Shown here: positions 37,331-50,679 of the stretch, one piece after another
Position numbering within the stretch: the first letter of the stretch is position 1
How the letters are laid out: each line of letters opens with the position of its first letter
DNA from: Octopus sinensis
Taxonomy: Eukaryota
DNA length: 64,000 bases
Direction of reading: 5' to 3'
Assembly (NCBI RefSeq): GCF_006345805.1
Contig: NC_042998.1
Span: 1,116,001 to 1,180,000, forward strand
The notes under the pieces: generated by a model
What the model saw: only the letters and a program-made list of their open reading frames with translations
Database searches by the model: none
What the model was told of the DNA's origin: nothing
Translations under genes and position numbers: made by a program

Positions 37331-37921
37331 CCATATGAAATGTCATTTGGCTAATATCGCTGTGTATTTGCCACAGAGGATAAAAGAAGAAGCAAATAAA
37401 CACAAAACACTTAAATGAATCAGACAAGTGAAATATAAAGTGAGAGCACAACAAACAAAGAAGTGTATGATGAAACTCAGTCCATCAAGAAACGAAAGCG
37501 GAGAGAATTTGACAAGTCGGACGATATCATTTATGAAAGAGAACGAAAAACGAACAGAAAATTAAAAGAACAGAGAGGCAAGAGAAAGAGAATCCTATCA
37601 CGTGAATGGTTTCACATTTGAAGTTTCACATTTTCAGTCTCGGTATTTCCTTGTGCCACCTACGCCGTTTGAAAATTCTTTGCTACTTTTTATGAGATCG
37701 TTTTAGCAACTGATTAAAGGAACTTATGATTTCTCTCTTCTTCAAAGAGTTAACGGATATTTCGTTGTGGTAGTCGGAGATTCCACTGGTTCCGTGTTAT
37801 AGGCAAGAGCAATGAAGCATTCTGTACTGTTTCTGTGTATTGAGTCTCGGACATATTCAAAAACGCAGGGTGGACAGTATTATGTCTAAAAACAAAAAGG
37901 GAAGCCACGTCAGGTGTTTCT

Positions 37922-38161
37922 TATTTCTTTACTGCCCTCAAGGGGCTACACACAAAGGGGACAAACAGGGACAGACAAATGGATTAAGTCGATGACATCG
38001 ACCCCAGTGCGTAACTGGTATTTAATTTATCGACCCCGAAAGGATGAAAGGCAAAGTCGACCTCGGCGGAATTTGAACTCAGAACGTAGCGAAGGACGAA
38101 ATACCGATAAGCATTTCGTCCGGCGTGCTAACGTTTCTGCCAGCTCGCTGCCTTAAACTAT
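37922..38161 (-). mobile_element. SINE family A monomer with TSD
   Basis: 13-bp TSD gtcaggtgtttct at 37909-37921 and 38162-38174. Confidence 0.9.
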
Positions 38162-40516
38162 GTCAGGTGTTTCTACAGAGTGTGTCACCAAGGAAATACT
38201 TTTAGAAGAATATTATCAAGCTATGATATGATCTGATGAATATCGATCAAATACCTAAATATGAATTGCTGCTTACACTTTCAAAATCGCAAACAGTCAT
38301 ATCTTAATACTTTTTAACAACACATATATCCGAAACACTTTATCTAAACAGTTACAACAATGCCAGGTGTGATTTTGTTTTTTGTTTTTGCTGGTATCAG
38401 TTTCCTGTCGATCATATGTTTAGTCTTCCCCATTTTTTTTTTTTTTTTGAAACTGGAACGGAGAGTTTGCCTTATGACTCGAATTTCAGTTCCAAGAAAA
38501 GAAAGACATATCCTGTACAGCATAACAACGTGTTTACCACTCCTATCTCCTATCTTATTCGTCCGACAGAAACCAATGTATAAATACCACACACACACAC
38601 ACACACACATACATATATATATATATTTATATGCATACATACACATATATATTGCATATTCATGAAAAGATGTTTCGAAGCTTTTTACTTAAGTTAATAA
38701 CACTAAAGAATGTCACGTTGATTTTACAGGTAGTATTTATTTGTTCAGAAGTAATTTTCTTTGGAGTTAACCCACATAGATAGACTCACTCAGATATTTT
38801 AGAATGTTGAACAAACCACTTCTCTGGTATCAATCATATTTTCTGCTTTCGTTTTTCTTGTTTTCTTTCTCTTTTTTGTTATTTCCTGTTGGTTTTGACA
38901 ACATTACATATTTGAATTATAATGTAGTCGAATATATTAAATTATTTATCTGTTAAAGGTCTGTTATAAATGGAAGTGGATTTGCATAAAAGGTTACTGA
39001 TGTCAACAATAGGATTAAGAAATATAGATTTCAATTTCAAAGAGAATAAAGCGGTAGTTAACACTTCATTGTTACACAAGCATAAAAAAAAATGGCTTAC
39101 ATCTGAATTTAAAAGTTGATCTGTGACAAAGAATTTCTTAAACTTGTTGAAAGTTGAATTGTATTACAACTTGGGAAGAAATTCATCGATGTATTCAGGA
39201 AGAATTATGAATTAACTGGCTGTATATAGGTTGTTTTAATGTGAATTTGGAGCCGGGTGTTAATTCAGGGAGACCGCAACCATATAGAAATTATTTTTTA
39301 AAAATTACCGATTATAAATTCTTTCGACATGACACGAAATTAATTCTGCATTAAAATATGTAAAAATTGAATAAATTAATCTCGGATATTACCAGTATTT
39401 ATACCAGCAATTCCATCTGTGTTGTTGGTAAAAAATCAACTTTGAACGCTTAATTAAAAATGAATAAATAGTTTTAGCCCTTCAGTTTAAAAACTGTGTG
39501 ACCGTTAGTATGTGCGCTCTCGTATGTATGTATATGTATGTTCGTGTTAATATGTATGTGTGCATATAGATATCTGTGTGTGTGTGTGTGTATACGTGTA
39601 TATACATATCCTATGTAATAAGGTAACTTTCTCCAGTGTAAACCCAGTGAAACCCAGCTTCGTCAGTCAAAAGTTGGAAGCTAAGTACCAGATGCCTTCC
39701 AACCGGTTTCTGTTCGAACTTCTATCGATGTAAACTTTGGGTCTTCCGGTATCCCAAACCAAAATTGACTTGTATATCGGATACGATACGCAAGAATATT
39801 TCCAAGATCAAATGCTTATACTTTTCCATCTTAAAAAAAAAATAATTAAATCTAAAACCAAAATGACAATTTTCAAATCAACATGAAAGATAAAGAGTGT
39901 TAAATTAAAGAACTGACAGAAAATTCCTTCATTGTAGTACCTTGCAAACCTACACAATAATTAAGTGAACCAATATAAAAGCCAACGATGATACAAAATA
40001 TCTGCAATAAAGAAGACAGCGACAAAAGATTCTATTTTTAACTAAACAAGATCAATATCTAGCCACAAATAAGTACTAAAAGAAAAGATCAGACGCTAAC
40101 CTCAGTTACTGATTATGTGGGCAATCAGTAAACCATAACATTTCTGATTCCTAATCCTCTCTAGACTGGCATATATCTATAGATATGACCATGTAGGTAA
40201 CACCGAAAAATACAAATTACATGAAAATTGAGAATAGATAGCATAGATATGCAGTGCAGTAAAATCTTTACGTTTCGGACAATACTTCTTCCTCACAGGC
40301 ATATAGATATAAGTAATAACAACTGTATATGGTTTATAAAGAGGACAGTGTAGACATTACTAGCAAGTAGTAAATAAAGTTTTCTTGATATTTCACCTTT
40401 AGAAAGTCAACCGTGTTTCTACTGCTCCAAATCAATTGGAGATAGCAGAATCTAGAATGTAATCGAATACCGTTAGATTCTATATATTTATGGTAGTAAG
40501 TGTGCAGCTTCGAAAT

Positions 40517-40534
40517 CACCGACTTACACATGCT

Positions 40535-40615
<81 letters not shown>

Positions 40616-40627
40616 TGTGTGTGTGCG
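40517..40627. repeat. (TG)n microsatellite
   Basis: Direct reading. Confidence 0.95.
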
Positions 40628-41202
40628 TAAATGTATTAATACGCTAAAGCACCCGAATTAAGAGAAATATATTAAGCTTATATTTCCACTGACAGAAGAT
40701 TATTAGCAACATTCTCTCTATTTTCAAGTTCTTTTCTGTCTTTTTTTTCTGTATTTTTCATATATTTTATTATATCAATTGCTTCATTATTTATTTGGTT
40801 TTTTTTCCATTTTTGTCTTTTGATTTTTTTTTGTTGTTCATTATTGAAAGTATCCTCGTCTCTTTAGTTTGTTTAAATCTTTTGTATGTATGTTTATCGG
40901 CTTTCATTGGAATGTGTGTAGGTGGCTTAAAATATCGTCAGCGTTCATGTGTATCGTAGGAAGGAAGAAATAAACATTTAATACACTCTAACACATGCAG
41001 ATACATATACACAATCACGCGCGCTCGTAAAGCACATAGAAGAGGTCATACATTAAAATACAAAAGCTCAATCTAATCCGCATGACTATACGTACACAAC
41101 ATAAATGCAAATAAGTTCATGCATATTATAAACATATACATAGACATTTATTCACACGTGGACATAATTATATGAATGTAATTTGCATGTGTATGTATGT
41201 GT

Positions 41203-42236
41203 AGCTTAGTGTTTCCTTGGGGCTGGCCAGATTGAAGCAATCTCGAGTATAACCAGTCGAAATTGCAAAGATAATCTGGAACTCGACTGAGGATAGAAAA
41301 CTCCGAATGACCTGTCCTTGTTTTCTTTGTATCGTCTGTCTGGATATTTTGTTTTTCCTTTTTTTGTATCACCTAACTGTCTGGATGTTTTGCGTTCTTG
41401 TCCCATTTTTGTACATTTTATATATAGAAATATAGCGGTGTACATACACTTTGGTCTCTTATATGTAAGTATATATATATATCTAAATTTTACACGACTC
41501 TATTACGCTTTCTATTCTTTCATTCTTTCTATCAGCCCTTTCACACTCACTCCGTTTATTCCCCTCTTCGTTCTTTTGTTTCCCCTCTCTCACATTTCCT
41601 GGCCTTCTACTCATGCTCACTTTCCCTCTTCTTCACTTCACTGTGTCCCTTTCATTTTTTCTCGCCCCTCCTTAATTCTTCTATCTCTCTGTTTCTAGCG
41701 CTCTCTCTCTTATCTCTCCACGTGACCGGTGTTCGTCCAAGCCCGACCTTTCTTTCTTGGTTCGACCACCATCCGTGCAACACCTTTATTCCTCCCTGTG
41801 CCTGTCAGATCTTATGTCCCTGTCGTAAGGCTTTACTTCCACATACGCCAGCTTAATTTAATTAGTAAGTAGAAAGACACCTGTTGTTATGTCCTGTTAT
41901 TTGTATTTGTGTACCATTTCTCCGTTTTTTTCGTCCTTGTTTTCGTATACATTAGCTGCTTTTCTTCCAAGGAAAATAATGCTCTTAGCTTAGTTTTCCC
42001 TTGGAGATGGCCAGATTGGATCAATCCCGAGTATAGCCACCCGAAATTGCAAAGATAATTTGGAACTCGACTGAGGATAGAAAACTCCGATTTTGTATCG
42101 TCTGTCTAGATGCTTTGTTGTTCCATTTTTGTACCACCTAACGGCCTGGATGTTTTGCGTTTTGTTCCCATTTTTGTATTTTTTATATATAAAACTATAG
42201 CGGCGTACGTACACTTTAGTCTCTTATATATATAAG
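41203..42236 (+). mobile_element. Element with ~250-bp direct terminal repeats (pseudo-LTR-like), no ORF
   Basis: 41203-41469 matches 41987-42236 with indels. No TG..CA ends or primer-binding site seen. The right end abuts (TA)n. Confidence 0.65.
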
Positions 42237-42237
42237 C

Positions 42238-42297
<60 letters not shown>

Positions 42298-42856
42298 ATA
42301 TCTATTTATATACACACGCTCAAAAGCATGTAACAATAATAGGCATACACGTACATGTGCTATTGTATGAATGTGTGTGTGTCTGTGTATATATATATAT
42401 ACCCACATATAGTGATTTATTTTTCTTGTAATCCAAGCTACATACCATTGCGGTCGTTAGACGAAATCTGTATTTCCTTCGGTTTCGGGTTCGTTTTATA
42501 TGCGGTGGAGCTGGTTCGTACTTTTGTCTAAATTATCGTTTTCATTGGTTCGTTTCCAAAGATAATTTCCTATTCTGCTTTTTATTTTTTCATTTAGCAT
42601 AGTGTGTGGTTGTCCTCGATTCATTTTGTAAAACTCATCAGTTGTGTCACGTCTTTGCTGCTTAAGGATGCATCATTATACATACCGGCAGCTGATGGCG
42701 GGAAGATATGCTTGGTATGTTTCTGGTCTGTTAATCTTTTATACCTTGACGTTTCATTATGCTGATTTGTCCTTCACTTTCGTAGGACAGAACTTGTTAA
42801 AGAGTTCATAGTTTATGAAGGTTTTGTGACTTGCACACACACACACACGTGTTTGA

Positions 42857-42904
<48 letters not shown>

Positions 42905-42909
42905 ATGGG

Positions 42910-43090
42910 TGCAGGTGCGGCTGTGTGGCAAGAAGCTTGCTTCCCAACTACAAGGTTCCGAGTTCAGTCCCACTGTGTGGCACCTTAAGCAAGTGTCTTG
43001 TACTATAGCTTCGGGCCGACCAAAGCTACGTGCGTGAATTTGGTAGACGCAAACTGAAAGAAAGAAGCCCGTCGTGTGTGTGTGTATGTG

Positions 43091-43135
<45 letters not shown>

Positions 43136-43332
43136 TATGTTTGTTCCCCCAACCATTGCTTGACAGGCGATGTTGGTGTGGTTAGCGGTTCGGCAAAAGA
43201 CACCGATAGAAATAGTTCTAGGCATCAAAAAATATGTCCTGGGGTCGATTTCTTCGTCTAAGAAGCCCTTTATGGCGGTGCCTCAGCATAGCTGCAGTCA
43301 AATGGCTGAAACAAGTAAATGAATAAAAGAAT
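42910..43332 (+). mobile_element. SINE family B, full length, internal (TG)n
   Basis: gcaggtgcggctgtgtggcaagaagcttgc..gagttcagtccc..(TG)n..cctggggtcgatt..gctgaaacaagtaaatgaataaaaga. Confidence 0.9.
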
Positions 43333-43333
43333 A

Positions 43334-43615
43334 TACGCGGGGATACTCAAAAGAAACCGGAATTTTGCAATATTATTTTATTCACTTAGTTTTATGCGTT
43401 TACACTTTTATCGCCTTGAAATTATAGGCCATTTGAAACAATGCATCTGACCAGACGCGTTTTCCACCGTTCGAAGCAGTGCAGGAACTCTTGTAAAGTG
43501 ATGCCTTTTAAGTCCTCCGTAGTATTTTTCTTCACCTCTTCCACATCTGCAAATTCCGTAACACTAGCTTTCGTCACCAGTGATGCCCGTCGATAAATGA
43601 CCCGAATATACTTTA
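43334..43615 (-). mobile_element. 3' part of the same deleted mariner family as 34704-35590
   Basis: TIR tacgcggggatactcaaaagaaaccggaattt; same ggtga(c/t)gaaagc..tacggaatttgcagatgtggaagagg junction. Confidence 0.85.
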
Positions 43616-43930
43616 AACAAGTGCTGTGGGCCAATTTGTTCGACTAAACCCTTCCAGGTGGTGCCCCGCCATGGCCGCAGTCCAATGATTGAAGGGGACA
43701 AAAGACATACACTAATTTAGTCTGGAGCTCACATGCTTTTCTTGCTTTCTGTGTGTGTGTGTGTTTGAAAAGCGAAATGGAGCGTGGCCCCAGGATCTAA
43801 CAACCTCGGAAGCATTTTATTTCAGAACGTGAAGGGACGTAGATATATACCTCAGAATATTTTGTCCACTTCGCTGTTCTAAAGAAAGTATTTAAAGCGT
43901 TTACTCTCTCGACCTTGACCTACTCCTGTG

Positions 43931-43966
<36 letters not shown>

Positions 43967-44319
43967 TATTTGGACGAACAAAAGCTTGAGGTATAGCGAA
44001 AGACACCTGAATTCATGTTATGCGTGTTTGTTTGTTTGTGTGTGTGTGTGGTGTGTGAAGTTTTGTGCGGGTATATATGTACGTGTAAAGGAGATTGCGT
44101 GCAGTCTTCACCCACCCGCAAACATAGGTCTGTGTGGGTGTACGGGCGTGTGTCTGGGTTCGGTGTTTTATTTGTGTGTCAAGAGATAAAAAAAAAGTCA
44201 CAGGAAGATTTACGATTGGTCAGACACAAAAATTCGCATTAATACATATTTATACACGCAATCAAATAAATGAATAAGCAAACAAATAAATAATACATAA
44301 TAAAAGGAAGACTGTTAGT

Positions 44320-44351
44320 ATCTATCAATCTATCTCTCTATCTGTCTATCA

Positions 44352-44387
<36 letters not shown>

Positions 44388-44388
44388 G

Positions 44389-44423
<35 letters not shown>

Positions 44424-44447
44424 GTCTATCAATCTATCTATCTATCC

Positions 44448-44521
<74 letters not shown>

Positions 44522-44528
44522 TTATCTG

Positions 44529-44570
<42 letters not shown>

Positions 44571-44610
44571 GATCTGTCTGTCTGTCTGTCTATCTGTGTC
44601 TCTCTATCTA
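44320..44610. repeat. Long (TATC)n/(TGTC)n microsatellite
   Basis: Direct reading. Confidence 0.95.
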
Positions 44611-45134
44611 TTTATAGACAGCCGGAAAGATAGATAGACAGATAGATAGATAGACAGATAAACAGACAGATATACACACATACATACAGACATACAGACA
44701 GACAGATAGAAGAAATCCATACGTAGTTGACATGCATTCATAGATAGAACAAGCGGGAAGGAGAGGGAGAATGAGAAAAATAGAAAGAAAGGGGGAAGGG
44801 AGGAAACAGAAACAAGGGAGAGAACGAGAGAGAGAGAGAGAGTGACAAAAGAGAGAACAGCAAACTTGGCTGGGTAGGTTTTATTTTTTGAATTATGATC
44901 ACACCTTAAGCACACGCCAATTGTAAAGATGTTGCCCACTATAAAGAGTGGCCTTTCTTTAAATATGAATAGATTTGTCGCCTGGCCTATAGCGCAGACG
45001 TACGAGAGGATTGGCATATTGGAACGTGTTGTAGTGTAGTTTGAAAGGCGGGAAAAAGCGGGTTGAAACAACAGTAAGATAAGCAGTAATAAACATACAA
45101 ACACACTGAAACGCATACACATCCAAACACACAA

Positions 45135-45172
<38 letters not shown>

Positions 45173-45176
45173 CTAT

Positions 45177-45236
<60 letters not shown>

Positions 45237-45888
45237 ATATATAGGATCTAGTCGGTTTGGATGCCAGTATCAATTTTGTTCGGATTGATTTCATATTCAG
45301 TGTAATGATACATTTTTATTGGCTAATAAATGACTTGAAAATCATTTTCGCTATAAACCAATAAATAAAGTTATTAGCAATTAAAATTTGAAAATTTTGC
45401 TAATTTTAGCCAATCGTAAGCCACATACACATTCATGCCTGTTTCCATAGTAACAAGCAGAACATGAGATCTCTTTTGTCTGCGTGAAAGCACGTGTTGA
45501 CAAATACATTGAAACCACTTGCTTTACCTATCTGATAACAATTGAATATGTGAAATTTATGTAGCCCAGAAGATTTGAAAATTGTGTTTTGTTCGAGAAA
45601 TTGAGTGAATGCGTTTTTAACTTTAGTCTTCAATTAACTGATCAGCAAAATGTTAGTTGTTTAAAAATATTTAATTTGTAATGTGCTGTTTTGTTTTAAG
45701 ATAAATCTTCTAAGTTCGTATTATTGCATTAAATGCATATTGAATGCTTAAAACTAAAAAGACGTTTACTCTTTCTTTTTTCTTATTGTTAACTCGAAAA
45801 TAGTAGCCAAACTCAACAAGTGGAGAGTACGTGGACCTCGGTGAAGCGAGTTAATAAACGACGCTGTGGCGCTCACTGTTCTATGGTA

Positions 45889-46453
45889 TTGGGTTGTCCG
45901 GAAAGTTCGTGCCGATTTATAGTAGCTTACCTTTCGATTTATTTTAGAACATGGTTGTTTCCATAAAACAGGATTTGACTACACCTCCATTTAGAGCACA
46001 GTTTAAGCTATCTTTTCGTGGAAGAAGATTTATGTTCCTATAACCTGTGTTAATTCTGTAATCCTTTAAAATGGAAGATAAGAAAGTTCCTTTTCGGCAC
46101 TTGATGCTTTGGGAACCAGACAAAAATTGCTGAAGCTCGGCTCGGATGTGTTACCCCGCCCTCCATATTCACCGGATATTACTCCTTTGGATTTACAATT
46201 ATTCAAGTATCTGCAGAATAGTCCTAATGGTAAACATTTCAATTCCTTGGATGACGTAAAAAGATACCTTGATGAATTCTTTGCCATGAAACCAGCTCAA
46301 TTCTGAGAAGAGGGTATTTTCAAGTTAAAGGAAAGATGCAGACGCATTGTGCACAAAATGATTCATATTTGGTTCACTAAAAATGTAATGGCAACTATTT
46401 ATTGACCTTTTTCTTTCTTTTAAAAATCGGCACGAACTCTCCGGACAACCCAA
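45889..46453 (+). mobile_element. Internally deleted mariner (DD34D-type), 565 bp
   Basis: TIRs ttgggttgtccggaaagttcgtgccgattt / aaatcggcacgaactctccggacaacccaa with TA TSD. MEDKKVPFRHLMLWE is fused to TRQKLLKLG.DVLPRPPYSPDITPLD..LFKYLQN. Confidence 0.92.
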
Positions 46454-47279
46454 TACATTCATATTTCTGTGAATTTATGAGGCACGTGAGATACGAAAAT
46501 TGTGAATTTTTTGAGAAATTGATAGAATGTATTTCTAACTTTCGTTTTTAAAATTAAAAATATTTTGTAATGTGCTGCTTATTGCATGCTTAAATATTTG
46601 TTTTTTAAGCATATGTTGTTCACTCTTTTATTTTCATATATAACACATAAACAAGTACATCTTTTAGAACATTGTCATTTTATAAGATTTTGCTGGTAAA
46701 TTTTAAATTAACATAAACATTTATTTAAATAAAAGAAAATTACTGGAGAACTTTCATCTAATTCTTCCAAATCTTTCTGTTAAAACTGTCTTGAAACCAT
46801 TTGTGGGGGGAAATTTTTAATGTGTTTATCGCAGGTAACGTGTTGTTCATCGCATTTGCATTAAATGCATATTGAATGCTTAAAACTACATGTTTACTAA
46901 TTTCTTTTTGTCATTGAGGTGGTTGTGATGTGTGCTAAATATAACAGCTAAATGACGTTTTTTGGATAAATCCTTTTAAGTTCGTGCTATTGCATTAAAT
47001 TTATATTAAATGCTTCAAACTAAAAATCACGTGTTGTTTACAAATATTGACAACACGTGCTATATTTTCAGGATATTGACGACAAAATGTGCAGTCACGC
47101 ACAAAATGACAGCTTCCAAATCTAGAAAAAGTGAAGTAACTCCAGCAATTCAGCTTCGAAAAGTATGTTGTTGAGCCAAATTTTAAAATTTTCGATAAAC
47201 TTTAATTTTTGAAATGCTGGCAGCCAAACCAACTAGATACCGTATATATATGTGTTATGTTTATATATATACATATATG

Positions 47280-47280
47280 C

Positions 47281-47313
<33 letters not shown>

Positions 47314-47383
47314 TAGATAGATAGATAGATAGATATAGATAGATAGATAATAGATAGATATAGATAGATAGATAGATAGATAG

Positions 47384-47476
<93 letters not shown>

Positions 47477-47480
47477 TATA
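47280..47480. repeat. (GATA)n microsatellite
   Basis: Direct reading. Confidence 0.95.
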
Positions 47481-48215
47481 GAGAGAGTGAAAGTGAGATA
47501 GTTCAGTCACAGAATTCGTTAGAATCTAGGCCTATCAACAAGTAGGAGGCCAGGAATGGCTGGGTACTTTATATTAAGCTCACAATGAAGTAAGAAGACT
47601 TTTGTTAGTAGGTATACACACACACACACGCGCACACACTCGCACTCACACACACACACAACACACACACACACACACACACGCACACACACATATACAT
47701 ACACACGTAGACATATACATATACCTACCAAATCCAATATTAACCGTAGATCTGATTCAGGGCTTGTCCCAAACGAGAACAGGATTGGGTTTCAAAATTC
47801 ACAACAGTTGTTGCAGCGGTATCGTATCAATGCATTCTCGATTTTATTGTTACTCTCCACTTTATATGATTATTTAGAGCTCGATTAATTGTACGGCAAT
47901 TTACTATTGCTGTAAGGAGTCACAGGTGGATTTCAGCAAGATTACTCTGAGTGAAAGAAGTCAAAAGGACATAGCAACGAAGTATTGCTCTGAAAATAAA
48001 ATGGCGCCGTGATATACATGTTAGAGAAGGAATGTTTAAACAAGAGAAAAGAAAACAGAGAAAGTGGAGGTAGAAGAAAAGGGCCCGTTTATAGAAAGAG
48101 ATTGATCGAAGAATGGAAGTGGGTGTGATATAAAGCTAAATGGAGGGCGCTTTAATAAAATAGAAGTAGAGCAATAAAGTTAATTGTGTTGAAGGGAAGA
48201 GAAATAATGTGCATG

Positions 48216-48284
48216 TGTGGTGGTGGTGGCTAAGGTGGTGGTGGTGGTGGTGGTGGTGGTGGTGGTGGTGGTGGTAGTGGTGGG
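48216..48284. repeat. (GGT)n microsatellite
   Basis: Direct reading. Confidence 0.9.
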
Positions 48285-48706
48285 GGTGCAGAGTTGATTT
48301 CTTTATGTTTATACACATATATAGACACATACGCACTCACACTCATGCTCACGCGCGCATATATATGTACCTAAATATGTATATATGTATATACACACAC
48401 ACACATAATATATATTTTTACATACATATATACGCACACATGTATATATGTGTGTGTGTGTGTGCTGTGTATATAAGTGCAGAGGGGTTGGGGTGGGAAT
48501 GGAGATGAATGAAAAGACGAGTAGATAGTAAGGAGTGTACATATACAAGTGAAGGAATGAATGGAAAGCGGTGGGTGGGGCTTACAAATAGATCAACAGG
48601 TCTATTATACGTGGCAAAAGCCGTAATTAACTCAGTGTGTGTGAGAGAATATGCGTGTTCGCGCACATGCTAGCATTATACATATACACATACATACATA
48701 CGTACA

Positions 48707-48759
<53 letters not shown>

Positions 48760-49022
48760 CAATTAAGGACAACTACTTAATAAGGAAAACTTAACAAGAA
48801 ATTGTCAGGTAGATAGCGTGAAAACCTCATAAGAGAATAAATTTCGAAAATAATTATTTCTTATTGAACATATTAATTTATATATAGAGGGCATTATACA
48901 TACATGCCAGAGAGCATTATACATACATGCCACACGCTAAGAGGGACAATTAGTCATTTCTACCAAAAATATTACTAATCCCACCGAATGCAATTTTTCA
49001 AAATAAGACATTTAAAAAATAT

Positions 49023-49070
49023 AGACCTGTATCACAGTGATTTCATACTTACGTATTCATCAGCAGGCCT
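49023..49070 (-). ncRNA. Type I hammerhead ribozyme motif (inverted copy)
   Basis: Exact reverse complement of 49445-49492. Confidence 0.9.
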
Positions 49071-49444
49071 GAATGTATCATAAATGATATGTATAATGTA
49101 TGTATAATGAATGTATGTATAATGCTCTCTGGCATGTATGTATAATGCCCTCTATATATAAATTAATATGTTCAATAAGAAATAATTATTTTCGAAATTT
49201 ATTCTCTTATGAGGTTTTCACGCTATCTACCTGACAATTTCTTGTTAAGTTTTCCTTATTAAGTAGTTGTCCTTAATTGCTAAATTTTTATTCCGAAAAA
49301 ACTTTTCCTCTCCCGAAATGCAATTCGTAAAAGTATGCCATTTACAGGATGTAATATATGTAAACTCACCCATGTGCTTCGTTGATGTTGATCAGTTAGC
49401 TGATCGGCTTAAACGGGGCAGGGTCGTTTATTTATGATACATTC

Positions 49445-49492
49445 AGGCCTGCTGATGAATACGTAAGTATGAAATCACTGTGATACAGGTCT
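49445..49492 (+). ncRNA. Type I hammerhead ribozyme motif
   Basis: aggcctg-CTGATGA-atac gtaa gtat-GAAA-tcac t gtga-TA-caggtct. 7-bp stem I with one G-U, perfect stem II tetraloop hairpin, quasi-palindromic stem III. Predicted cleavage after 49485 (AUA). Confidence 0.9.
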
Positions 49493-49637
49493 ATATTTTT
49501 TAAATGTCTTATTTTGAAAAATTGCATTCGGTGGGATTAGTAATATTTTTGGTAGAAATGACTAATTGTCCCTCTTAGCGTGTGGCATGTATGTATAATG
49601 CTCTCTGGCATGTATGTATAATGCCCTCTCTATATAA

Positions 49638-49678
<41 letters not shown>

Positions 49679-49708
49679 TTTGTATTTATGTATATGCATT
49701 TATATGCG

Positions 49709-49770
<62 letters not shown>

Positions 49771-50043
49771 CGCATATAAATGCATATACATAAATACAAA
49801 CAAACACACACACACACACACATATATATGCATACACACAAACGCATATATGTGTGAATGTCTATGTGTATGTATGTTTAAAGTAGAAATATTTCTTGAA
49901 TATATGTTTATGTAAATTAACTAAATTGATTAGATACGCTATCACTATTCATATTTATATTAGTTTCTTGGTTCGAAGGCGATGTTATATCTGAGGTAAC
50001 TTCATTGAAGTTATATGTATTTCACACAATGCTAATTGAAGAG

Positions 50044-50104
<61 letters not shown>

Positions 50105-50117
50105 TTATCTATCTATC

Positions 50118-50293
50118 TAGCCACTACACATTCTTTAATTTCTCTCCTTGTTTCTTTCTGTGTTCCTTCCTGTGGAAGAGCGTAGGCTCGAAACGTTAAT
50201 GACTTTTTCACATCCCGTGCGCTATACTAATACATCTGTTTGTTGTCTACACCAACTGCCTCCGTCTTTTGTTTTTTTTTTGTGAAATCTCCT
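50118..50293 (+). mobile_element. Interspersed repeat with variant hammerhead-like motif, copy 2
   Basis: Homologous to 4207-4383. CTGTGGA-a-gagc gtag gctc-GAAACGT at 50170-50196. Confidence 0.6.
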
Positions 50294-50311
50294 CATCTAT
50301 CTATCTATCTA

Positions 50312-50359
<48 letters not shown>

Positions 50360-50679
50360 ATATATATAATATATATATATATACTAGCTTTAGTGTTTAC
50401 TAGGGCCCTCTTCAATAATTTTTAAAATGTCGAATTACAGAAAAGGCAATTTTGAATGATATAGGCACAGCTCAGTGTGTGTGTGTGTGTAATAACAAGG
50501 GAATTGTCTAGTTCACATGCCAATACAACATGTCTCAGTTCAGTAAATTTTGTGACACTTGATGAGTTTATAATGTTTTTAAGAATAATAACCAAAGTAG
50601 AGCTTAAAATCACAGCCGAGATCAGTGACCTCGCATGAATTGATACATGAACTTTCTTAAATTTCATAATCGATGAAAA

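Larger units (their letters stand above)
48759..49636. mobile_element. Young hammerhead-bearing non-coding retroelement (retrozyme/Penelope-like): ~476-nt circularly permuted unit plus inverted partial copy
   Basis: 49111-49632 is one unit with ~43-nt terminal redundancy (period 476). 48759-49085 is the reverse complement of a segment spanning the unit's end-to-start junction. Copies look identical by eye. The left end abuts (TA)n. Confidence 0.75.

Noticed and set aside
39620-39670. CTGACGA...GAAA on the minus strand
   Set aside because: The intervening sequence is not self-complementary and stem I is absent.
40265-40300. GTGAGGA..tcc-GAAACGTA on the minus strand
   Set aside because: The core is mutated and stems I and II pair poorly; at most a relic that cannot be supported from this copy alone.
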